DNA from: Catajapyx aquilonaris
Lineage: Eukaryota
NCBI GenBank assembly: GCA_000934665.2
Contig: KZ539026.1
Span: 1 to 36,056 of the forward strand
DNA length: 36,056 bases
Reading direction: 5' to 3'
The translations under genes and the position numbers were made by a program. Positions 23,932 to 34,650 of this stretch are shown here, one piece after another. The notes under the pieces were generated by a model, which had not been told where the DNA came from, did not search any database, and saw nothing but the letters and a program-made list of their open reading frames with translations. Positions within the stretch are counted from its first letter, which is position 1. Every line of letters begins with the position of its first letter.

Positions 23932-25829
23932 GTGCATAAAATGAGACAGGTATATACAGCTGATGAAATGCGATAAAATTATTTATTGATGAATAATTAG
24001 TCTGAATTTTTACGCGCGTTGAATTTTGAGTGTTGTCTTAGGCTAGTGAATAATAAAAAAGGCAAGTTTGGATGTCGGGGTGGTTTGCAACGATCGGCGT
24101 TAACCTTTCTATTTTGTAGCCAGCATTGGCTAATAAAATCACATATATTCGGAGCAAATGGGCGGATTTGATGGGCGCATAAACGCCATTAGCAGGGCCC
24201 TTTTAATGCCGGGTGATGGTAACAGAATGAAGAGCAAGACCGCTGATTGGATAAACGAGCGGATCGAGTGTGCAACAAAGGTTCACGCATTACTTAATCC
24301 TCCATCGGGATGAAACTTTTTTGGGGGAGAGAGGGAGGGCATACCACCACTCCCTTTCGCTTTTATGATCCTCTTAGGATGGATTCGCCCTTTCCTCCCA
24401 ATTTCCAAGCCAAATATGGGGAGGAACATCCGCACGGCGAGCCAATATCGAGGATGACAAGTGGAAATATCGGAAATCGAAGAACCAAAAGGGTAAAGTG
24501 TAGGCTTCCCTAGGCCCCGACCTCTCTGATTTTCTCAAATTCCCTCCAGCGGATCTGAGCCATATGACTTGCATGCTCAAGTTGTGAAGGACTGCTGCTT
24601 TGGAGTACTCAATATGGCGGCGAAGCCCCACCACCCACCACCAGCAGCTCCTCTGCCGGATTTCCGCCGCGTTTTCTCATTTTCAGACGCTCCAGCTAAG
24701 CACCTCAAGTGCAAAGCGTGTCGGTCGCAAATCCAATCTTGGGCTGGCATCGCGACTTGGCCCGCAGGCATACATCACGCAGCCGACAAGGAATAAGCTA
24801 CAGTGCTCTTCCAATTACAATAATTGCATTTACGCCACGTTAAAAGCTCTCATCGTTGCGAAATGAGCTTACCCCAGCTATTTCATTCACGTTACGACGG
24901 GGCCCCTATACTTATGGCTTTAGGTGTGAATATTATATCAGAAACCCTAATCCATAGCCCCCGGGGCCGCACTTCAGCATCATCTCTGTAGTCATCGGGG
25001 CCAAAAAGTAGACGAAAATCACTTTTTCCCCTGCAAAGTTACTGACTCTAACTATAAGCCTCTTCAATATAGTCGAGAGACCCGGAATAACCAAATGCAG
25101 CGGTTATTAACCGGGCCTACATAATACAGTATAAGCCGCCATTACTGTAGATGAGCTTTGTCGTGTCCTGATAAATTGTTACTGTCTGTGGCTATAATGT
25201 ATGTGCAGGGATGTACTCAACAAAAGTTGCATGAAATTTGAAGGCGCTTTAGACACCGAAGCCCCTCAGGAATTTTTTTCCAGCACCGAATGGCCTTTGA
25301 TTCCCCATGTTCGCATGTCTATTCAGCTTTGATTTCCCTTTCTCGTCTTCCCATAAAAAAGACGCTACAATAACATCCAAAATGGAAAAAAAAGGAGCCC
25401 ACTTGAGCGAAACTTTTTTTCCTTCTTCTTTCCACCCCCCAGTATGATAGACGGATATAAAAACATCCCTTCCGTTCCATTTCACCTCCCGGGGATATAA
25501 TGTTGCGAAGAATTTTTACGGTCCCAGACAACGTTGCAACGAATATACCCCCTTGTTATTCCCTCTAATGCCAACATCTATTTCTTTCTCATGTCGCGGG
25601 GGCATTCCCAATGGTCAATCGAGCGCGGCCCCTCTGCAGCTTCTAAAAGGTTGGAGGCCCACATTTAATTCCCATGCCCACTGCACAAAAGAACAGCCAT
25701 TCTGCGCCACTCCAAATTTACTGCCGTCCGGGAGAAGAACAAGAAGAACTGCTGTTATCTGGCGGAAGTCTGTATACTGTAGCCGCCTGCGGTCACTTTT
25801 TATTGGGGACGCGGATCTGGTTGTAACCA

Positions 25830-25847
25830 GGCCGCTAGATGGCACTG
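25830..25847 (+). promoter_or_regulatory. High-quality CTCF-like motif
   Basis: GGCCGCTAGATGGCACTG matches the CCRSYAGRKGGCRC core. Confidence 0.45.
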
Positions 25848-26111
25848 CTTGCTCCCCCACTATTTTTTAAAATAAAAAAATTAGGCCTACGTTTGAAGTG
25901 ACTGACACCTACAAATCGCTGACCGCAGCGGTCAGAAATGTGTCCGTACCCGGTACCCCCCGAGATGAAATGTATTTTAAAAGGAGAGGAAGCGGCTCAT
26001 AGCGTCATCAGCAAATTGAGTGCTTGTCCCAGGGCGCCGCATCGCCGTGTAATTGAGTTGTCTCCATCCGGTGAGTGATTACGGGGGGGAGAGGGGGATG
26101 GAGGAGAGATG

Positions 26112-26125
26112 GTCGCCATAGCAAC
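26112..26125. promoter_or_regulatory. RFX X-box
   Basis: GTCGCCATAGCAAC versus consensus GTTGCCATGGCAAC. Confidence 0.4.
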
Positions 26126-26651
26126 CAAGCAGCGCCAGCAGCTCTCTCTCTCTCTCTTAAAAAAAAGTAGAACACTGCACAAAAATACAGAATCGCACGC
26201 CGATTTCTCGCGCTCTAAAAAAAACAGTTAAGCCGTTTTGCACACAATACTCAATTAAAGCTGGGAATATAAAATCTGCGGAAGAGATAAAAAAGTTGGG
26301 GAGGAGGCCCCCCCCCCTCAAAATAAGACATTCCACCCCCCTTTTCTTCAAAGCCCTAGGGGTCGGGAGGGTAATATCTCTCAAGCCCACTCATTCCCCT
26401 CGGCAATTCTTTTTTCACTCCCCGCTCCAGCCCACCCCCGCCACCCCCCTCTAGGCGCATTTAATCAATGAATCCCAGAGCTCCGAAAAGCTCCCGTCGT
26501 CTCCTGCAGAGACGTGTGTTAGGCGCAAGCTGCAAGGCAATTGATTCTCTGATAAGCGCCCAATATTTGTTCACCAAAAAAAAAAACTGGGCTCAAGTTC
26601 GCCTAATGGAATTTAAAATGCGGGATCATCCGCTGATCCGCGCTAATGGAG

Positions 26652-26701
26652 GCCGCCATCTTGCTGTTATTACGTCAAAAGCGGCCATATTGCTGACGTC
26701 A
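26652..26701 (-). promoter_or_regulatory. Paired YY1/Pho + CRE module (possible internal promoter)
   Basis: GCCGCCATCTTG 26652, TTACGTCA 26670, GCGGCCATATTG 26681, TGACGTCA 26694. Confidence 0.4.
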
Positions 26702-26703
26702 TC

Positions 26704-26873
26704 NNNNNNNNNNNNNNNNNNNNNNNNNNNNNNNNNNNNNNNNNNNNNNNNNNNNNNNNNNNNNNNNNNNNNNNNNNNNNNNNNNNNNNNNNNNNNNNNN
26801 NNNNNNNNNNNNNNNNNNNNNNNNNNNNNNNNNNNNNNNNNNNNNNNNNNNNNNNNNNNNNNNNNNNNNNNNN
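26704..26873. other. Assembly gap (170 N) followed by a 20-nt G homopolymer
   Basis: N run 26704-26873; G run 26874-26893. Confidence 0.99.
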
Positions 26874-29104
26874 GGGGGGGGGGGGGGGGGGGGTTCCAAA
26901 AAGTATCAAGGCGCGCGCTTTCAATTTCACAGCCTCGCCGACTTTCTGGACTCGGGTCACGGTACAAGCCATACCCGGGGGATATCAAAAAGCCCATCAC
27001 AAGCATAACCCCCCTACCCCCCGCCCACCCCGCCATTCCTGCTAGCAAAACTCCTTTTTAACGATTGGGGTTACGGATTATGATGCACTCCGGCTCTGTC
27101 CGAAAGGGCTGGCTGGTAATTAACTGCCGTTTACTGATAGCACTTGGGGTGCAACGCAACCTCTAGTTATCCACTTATCCCTTTAATAGCCCTGCCTGTT
27201 AACGTGCCAAGAACCCATGAGGATATTACCCAAACTGCTATAAACGCCTGCTATCAGCGGGTTTATAGTGACGCTATAACCATCCGGGGTCCACATTAGA
27301 ACCTTCAGTGGCGGTCTAACCAGCCGGTGTATCATCCGAGGCCAGGCCCCGGAGTACCGGCAACTACCGGAGGAAACGAGCCAATAAACACCAGTTGACG
27401 GCTTTCGGGGGAGGCTCACCCGTATCCGGGCTTTTCTATGAGCTTCCTTTGTCCTCGGACCATATCCTTCGGCCTGCTTGCCCGGATGCGGTGAAAAGAG
27501 ACGGGGGACGCCTCATGCCTGCACGGCCCGAATAAAAAAACACACACAACAGCCAGGGCTCCAGAGTGTTCCTAGCAATTCCAACATCACTTTCTGATGG
27601 GGGGAGGTACAGCATAGTGCTGGTGGCGCCAAGAGCCAGTGGCGGCAGAAGATCGAATCGACTACTCCCATTCCAGCCTTATGGAGACCCCCGTAGGGCG
27701 GTGGGAAATACACCAGCGCCGAAGCGGCAACGGGTGACAGCAGCTGATAAGGTCACGCGATAAGACAGGGTCCAGCACTGTCGCAGCAGTGACGCTGACA
27801 TAAATTTTAAACACGCTAAAGTCACATTTTATTAATCAGCACAATTCATTCACAATTCCATCTCATTTGCGTCATGGCTACAAAGTGGCTCGTTTGAAAC
27901 ACCTTGTACCTTCCCAGTTTAGACAGAAGGAAAATTTCCATCGCACTAGAAATTAATGATGTGACCACTAGCGTTAACGAGCCCGGGACTGAACGGGCCA
28001 CTCCGCCGGTCGGAGCAACAATCCGGCCCCGGCTTCCCCCGGATAATTAGGGTAATTGATTGGTGTTTTATTAACACCCGATCGATTGTCGTGCGAATTG
28101 TCCGCTAATCTGTTGTAATCTGGCCCCCCGGCTAATTGATCAGCCGCGGATCAGGACGCAAAGGGTACCAGATTGACAAGATAAAAGACGGCAGCCTCAT
28201 TCTCTTTCAAACAAAAATTTGTGGACCTCCCAAATTTTCTAGCATTTCCTATAGTTATTCACCATGCTCTTGGCTCGAGGCTCAGGTGGTCCTTTGCTCC
28301 GTAACCACTTTGGCCCCAGATGAAACAGGGATCCTCCCGAATTGCTTCCTCCCAAATGGACCCATTCAGTAGGAACAAAAAACTGCCCGACTGAATCAAC
28401 TACAGGTTGCCAGGTGAATCCAGTCTTTTGTGCCTTAAAAAACATGCGTAAACCGCAGGGACTAACAATGTGCGCCAAATGCAATCTTGTCTTGGCTGCC
28501 GAGCTCATCTCCCCTAAGAGAGTCATAATCACCATCACTTAGTTGCCAACTCAGCCTCGCCTGAAGATTATACCCGGCTTTAGCGCTTAGCAGCTGCAAA
28601 CAACACGAGGAGATAAGCTCCTGGAGAAGTGTTGGCACGTACACAACATGGCCGCCTATTCCGGAAGGGATTGCTTGTCATCAACAGAGCCAGCCGTAAA
28701 CAACAATTGCGCTTTTTTTTCCACCAGACCCAACTCAGGTACCATTTGATCTTAACGACTGTTTGCATTACCCAAAAAATTTATCCGGTGCAAATACAAC
28801 TGCAAAGGGGATTTCCTGGCTCCATTCCTTTTCGGGAGGGGGGGCGGTAGCTGATCAAAGCAAGCCCCGGGTATTACCTCGTCGGCCGCAAATTAGGCGC
28901 ACAGGCGTTAACCTCGGGGGCTCCTCTCTCAGCAGCCCTTCCAGCCATTCACTCAATTATCACGAGGCCGGAGCCGTATCATAACGCCATCAAAGCCAGC
29001 CATCCCAGCACTTTTTTAACCCCCTTGTACGTAATGGAGCATACCCCTCCGATGCGTCAAACTTCAAAAAAGCAAAAGCAAAAAAAAGCATGTAGACTCC
29101 TTAC

Positions 29105-29131
29105 CTTATCGTCTTCACTCTCACTATCACA
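29105..29131 (-). CDS. AUTS2: 27-nt phase-0 internal coding microexon (CDSESEDDK) of a probable AUTS2/FBRSL1/tay-family gene
   Basis: Minus strand reads taatgatttttttttccctgtctttacag|TGT GAT AGT GAG AGT GAA GAC GAT AAG|gtaagg: long polypyrimidine tract, CAG acceptor, AAG|GTAAG donor, length divisible by 3. The peptide resembles, from memory, human AUTS2 ...[25 protein letters not shown] and FBRSL1 ...[22 protein letters not shown], where this motif is a tiny exon between very long introns. The exon call is stronger than the gene name. Confidence 0.72.
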
Positions 29132-32100
29132 CTGTAAAGACAGGGAAAAAAAAATCATTAATTACAAATTTCAAACCACAAAGCGTCAAAAAAAATTCCA
29201 TTCCCTGCAAAATTTTCGCCAATCTCAACACGTCTCGCAGCATTTTAACGCTTATTTTGGCATTTCTCTGCAAGCACTGTGCCGGAGGAAGAACCAGCGA
29301 GAGAAGGGGCTGGAGGGGGTGGGGAGGGAGCGAAAAAAAAATCTCAATTTTCCCCCCCAAATCAATTTCCCTTAAGGCGAAATCCGACTGCGTGTGTAAT
29401 TGCTCCCGGACTCTCATCTCCAGCTCCGAGAGCCCGCCAGTAATGCGAATAAGGGCTTGGCAGAGAGGGCGCTCAAAGCAAAATTTAAGCTTGCCTTCCG
29501 ATCTTTCATATAGCTTTTCCCCTTTTGGGGCTCTTCCAAGTGTAAGGGCAAAGTTAAGAGGAAAAGCAAGCAGGGGCCATAGGGAAGTTATATGGTAGTC
29601 AGAAGAAGAGACGCGTTCAGACGGAGGAAAATCGGGGTGTAATTTTTCGGCCTATTAGTTGGCAGTTTTGTCAACAGATGGCGTGGATCCGCGGATAGGT
29701 AGTCGTGAGACAGCCGGACATGAGGCTAGTCTTTAAAAATTGGGATGTGTACCTTGCAACAATGTTGGCAGGCAGGTTCACTTGGCATATGACCCATTTT
29801 CTGCACCGGACACATGCTTACTCCCAGCCCAAGGTTGAAAATTAGGCGGATGTCGTGGGTCGGAAGGAGCTGTTAGGAATCCCTTTATTACGAATTCCAC
29901 GCCACTTGGAGCTGTTCCTAGACGCTGCAAACTCTATCTGTCTGGCTGATAAACAGGCTTGTCACCGCTGCCGCCTTCCTATCCCACTTCTTCTCTCGCT
30001 TTGGTGATAAGGCCTCTGCTGGATTCCTTGGGCAAACGAGTCAGCAAAGCTACCTTCACGCGCCTTGGCAAACAACGCCGTGTTTCCGAGCCCCCAGTTA
30101 TGTATGGGTTGGAGTTCGGCGGGTTAGGACGTGGAAAAAGGACCATTTGTTTGCACGTCTTTTCGCTACCCACTCACCCATTTCAGCGCCCCTTTTTCCT
30201 CCATATACACTGCACTGCGTTTGCCAGACTCCACACTTCATTTTGTACGCAAGACCATATGTCAAGGTAAACAGAGCAGCACAGGGTGTTCTGGGCCATG
30301 AAACAACAACTTCAGCCAAATGTGTAAATATATAAATAAACGACATTTTTAAAATTCGGATAAGATGATACAGCAGCGATTGTCGCAATCAACAATGTTT
30401 TGAGAAACAGCACAAAAAAAATTGTCTACTTTACGGCTACGGGTTACATGCAAATACAAAGTCCACTTATGCCAGAAAAACCGCTTCGTTGTTGCGTAGC
30501 ACGACGCGAACCTTACAATAATATTGTCATATTTCATATCGCTTAAATATTTGCAATGCGTTATTTGTCCACGGCGTTTCGAGAACGTTGTTTGAATATC
30601 AAAAATGGCAGGGTAAATACAACGCACTTTCATAATAATATTTTGGTACTAAAAATTGCGTTTCAGCATTCGATCCATGCAATGTGTAAACCACGACTAA
30701 AATTTAGAAACAACATTTTGACCACTCTTGCGATAAATTTCTCGCTCCGTATAAACTGCCGACAATGTAACTTTGTGCGGGGTCGAAAAATTTGGCATTT
30801 TCTTCCACATATACTGTACGTACAAAAGTGCTGCACATTACTCTTCAAAAATGTCGCCCAAAAAATTCCAAATTCCCTCCTTGTCCCCTGCCAAAAACTT
30901 GCATCGTCATGTCCGAAGATGGCACGTCCATCCTCGTCAGCTTCCCATTAGCGCCCCCTCAACAAAAAAAAAATCCTAACCCCAAAAAATCCTGCGGGGT
31001 CCTCTAGTGTCCCCTTTGGCCCGACGGGTAATTAACCTCCCCAGTCGACACCCAGGCTCGCATTCACGTCACGTCCTTTCCAGCCCGAGTGTCACCGGCT
31101 GCCAACCCCCCCATAATAAGCCTCCTAGTATGCCACTTGGGAGACGCCGACTCACCCCTGCCGTTTGCCTAGCATTATTGATCAATTAACGACGATTAGC
31201 GCCCGCCTAACTGCCGGATACTCACAAAAAAAACTGATGGTTAATGGACCTGGCCGCAGGTACAGGTGTTCATTTTTTTTGTACGCATCTCATTAGTGTG
31301 GATAAATTTTTTTCAAAACGCACGTTTGGCAGGCTTCAATTAACCGGCTGTAAGAGATCGCTCGGTGCTTAAGTCGTAAAACGGGCAGCCCCTATGATTA
31401 TCCGCAATTGCCAATTGTTTTCACACGCATTGGCCAAAGGTAGCTTCCGGCTGTAAATGGCCAGCAAATTATAGCCGGAGGGTAACAATGAATTGAGAGG
31501 GTGATGATTTGAAGTAATTAGGTGGGGCGATAAGTCCATTCGTGTGGATAGGCGCTACCTACAGGGTGCTTCCATAATAAGTGTCACATTCCCTTGGGAT
31601 GCAAATGAACCTACTTCCGTTTTTTAAAAATAAATGGTGCAGCGCGCTATTAAAAATTTCAACAGCCGGTTTTAAAAATAAGCAAGTCGTAACCCCATTC
31701 TTCCCACTCAAGCATGCAACTGCAACTGCACACAAAAATGTTCACACAACCTAAAATAGTTCCCCATTTCCGTCCCGTCTCATCTGTTCTATGCCGGTTC
31801 TAGGACTAGAATAATATTAATTTCCAGCTCATCCTGTTCAACCTTCATGGCACATTCCCATTCCAGGCGGCTCATCTTTCAGCCATTTTTTTTTCTTCTC
31901 GGTTGGATCTCAAAGTCTTCAAGCTTTCCGGGGAATCCGGGTCTCATTTGCCGGCATGCACATTTCTCACCCTGGTACAGGTATTGAGCCCTCACCAGAC
32001 ATTCCGTTCGTCGCCTTCTCGCTCGAATTACTCTACATAATCGCACGTCCATATACATCACTAGTTCTGATGCCATACCGACATATTTCTCGACAGAATT

Positions 32101-33003
32101 AATTAAACGCCAAAATCCGCTTATAGCATACTATGTACGGTCATGTATGTTTCATCAGGTTTTCTACATGATTTACAAGTACATTTGCACACAGACTTGA
32201 CGCAATTGTCTACCGGCCGTGGCCTGAATACGCCCCTGCTAAAACCCAAAATAAAACGCCCTCCCTTTAATTACTATTCCATGCATCAGCCTCCCTCGTA
32301 CACGGATCTTATCTCCTAATTCGCCTAATTAACACATGGGGACAAGCGAGAGGAGTCTTGTTTTAATAATTCAACGGGGCCACTTTGTCAGTGTCGCACC
32401 AGGCGGCGCTGGAGGAATATCCTCACCATTGATTTAGTCCAAGACGCAAATTCCCCGGTTTTTGTCACCCCCCTCTGTACATACCGGAAACAACAAGGGT
32501 GGCGAGATTGGGCGGCCCCTGGAGTAGAGTAACGATTTGGCGGTCCAGGGGTTAATTACGCGATGGTTAACCGGCGTCAAATAAATTGGCCGCCTGGTCA
32601 GATCGACCGGATAAAGAGCAGTCCACCTGCACAAGAGCTATTCTCACACGGGTGAACACTACTTTTTTTTTTTAATCCAACCCCTCTTCAACAAACGTGG
32701 GTTGGTTCATCCCATTACAACTCACAGCCCTCCACTTAATTGCGTCTCACTTCCCAGTCGAAACCGCCGGTGCTATATACCCGCCGACACCTCATGTATA
32801 CAAAGCTACCTACCGGTGTCGAATCACCGAAACCGAACGAGTCGGACATCTGATCGTCCCCTGCCTGATCCTCGCAATCAAAAGGCTGTCAGATGACACC
32901 AGGACACCTGAGATACCCAAGCCCTGGTGGTGGATATCGTTGTGTCAAAGCGGATCTACTCAAGTTCATATTGCAGAGCGTTGGGTTAAGATTGTAAGCA
33001 ATA

Positions 33004-33017
33004 GTTCCCATGACAAC
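33004..33017. promoter_or_regulatory. RFX X-box
   Basis: GTTCCCATGACAAC, a near-palindromic match to the X-box consensus. Confidence 0.3.
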
Positions 33018-34521
33018 AGTCATTACCCATCGCCTCTCCTTCAATAGCCCCCCTTTTTTTCATACAGTACATATATCCGGGGCTCTGGCCGGATTTGGAG
33101 CAATCTGGACGATCCTCCGGAGCCCCCTGCCGCCTTTGCTCCTTCTCACTGAAGGATATAAAAATCCTTTCCTTTTTTTCCCCTCCTCTTTCGGAGCCGG
33201 ACATGAATCAAGAGGGACAGGCTCCCCAGCCACTGTTGCCAGCTCGATTTGTCTTGCCACCCTGAGCCCTCCCCGTCAATTAAGATGTTCCCTTCGGAGA
33301 ATTATAGACTTCCAACCTCCGGCTGCTTTACGGGGGATTACATCCGGCCCGGATAACAGCCGCAGCCACTTCACGGCTCTGACCTCCTTCCATCTATTCA
33401 CCGGATACCCCGCCACCAAAAAGCTGACCTTGGGTCAATCCCTTAGCACGTGCCATGAGAAACCTTCCCCGAGTTTAACATTCCGGAACATGTATTCCTG
33501 GCAAACTCTCCCCGTAATCGAATCCCCTCCTCTCTCCTGGTCCGACTACCCCCATCTCTAGGAAATTGGCTCCTCTTTTCCAAACTCCATGAGCAAGCAC
33601 AAAGTAACTTGCCTCATCAGGAAACTTATTCGGAATAAATTGATTTCAGGTGCAATGAACCGCGAACCGTTGAGGGAAGAAGAAGGAAAAGGAAAAGGAG
33701 ATGCCGCCGCATGCCATTGACGCACTTGGACTCACAATCAGGATACCCATTTCATTGATAATAATAAGAAGAAAAAATTGTCACATGTGATGCACGTACT
33801 ACTTTGAATGTGCCAATTAATTCCAAGCTCGAACCCGCCCGCTTTGTGTTTTTGGAAGTAAAAAAATGCTAAACCCGGAGCAAGTGTGCAGAAAAGGCTC
33901 CGAATTTGAATAGGGTACGAGCTACCGCCCTGAAAGAATGTTGCAAGAAATTTTTATCACGTCCCTATCCCAACCTTTAACATTCACAGGCTGGCATTCA
34001 GCACAAAAGGCGAAAAAATCCGGACAATCCCCCGCATTTTGTCGCAATTAAGACGATTCTGAGCGGATCCACCACGTGGTCACGTTGGCAACTTGGGAAG
34101 TAAATAAATCAGCGCATCTATAGTCAATCCCAGATAATCCGGGTTCTGGCAGCTGGACCCCCCCAGTTTTCTCCCATCCCCCCGGAAAATAGGAGGCGGC
34201 AGCATGCAAAACAAGGCTCCGGATCCTCATCCCCTAGCCATCATCTTTCATCATTTACAGCGCTTCAACCAAGACAGGCAGCTAACTGGGCCCGATATGA
34301 AAGGGACCTCCCGCTAGGCTCCCCGGATCCATCGCTCCGGACTCCCCCGGGGCTAAACCCGCCTTGTCAAAATCCCACCCCACCCAGCAAATCGGGGTAG
34401 GGCGTGGGGGAGCACCAAAATCTGCATAAAATCCGTTAATTTCAGGCAACCATTGATGTACAAAGTCCAATATAAAAAATAATTAAATTGCAAAACTGTC
34501 AGTTTCCTAAAATAATTTTGC

Positions 34522-34650
34522 ACAAATTGTACAAATTGCAGAATATTAAATTTGACAAATTGTACAAATTGCAGAATATTAAATTTGACATTGTACAAAT
34601 TGCTGAAAATTAAATTTGACAAATTGCAGATTAAATTTGACAAACTGTAA
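34522..34650 (+). repeat. AT-rich minisatellite, ~33-bp unit ACAAATTGTACAAATTGCAGAATATTAAATTTG (2 perfect + ~2 decayed copies)
   Basis: Identical units at 34522-34554 and 34555-34587, with shortened copies at 34588-34618 and 34619-34639. Confidence 0.9.

Larger units (their letters stand above)
1..29104 (-). other. Long intron downstream of the microexon (>=29 kb, possibly subdivided at 15067)
   Basis: Begins GTAAGG at 29104 on the minus strand. No recognisable next exon (expected ASD/GSD/VS...LF-like) was found down to position 1, although the 170-N gap could hide one. Confidence 0.55.

Noticed and set aside
23707..23937. ORF of MHLVSIL repeats
   Set aside because: By-product of a stop-free 21-bp minisatellite.
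26468..27061. ORFs of 66-197 aa spanning the N run
   Set aside because: Open only because of the 170-N gap and poly-G.
28239..28538. ORF with LFHLGPKWL resembling the BEL/Pao 'WW.GP.WL' motif
   Set aside because: Lacks the obligatory NPAD..SRG motif and correct spacing; no other retroelement domains.
31996..32032. Possible upstream small exon (SNSSEKATNGMS)
   Set aside because: No polypyrimidine tract, 37 nt (not phase 0 at its 3' end), and no G.GY motif expected before CDSES.
33010..33561. Longest gap-free ORF (183 aa, + strand)
   Set aside because: No recognisable domain, runs through homopolymer tracts, antisense to the inferred host gene; length attainable by chance.
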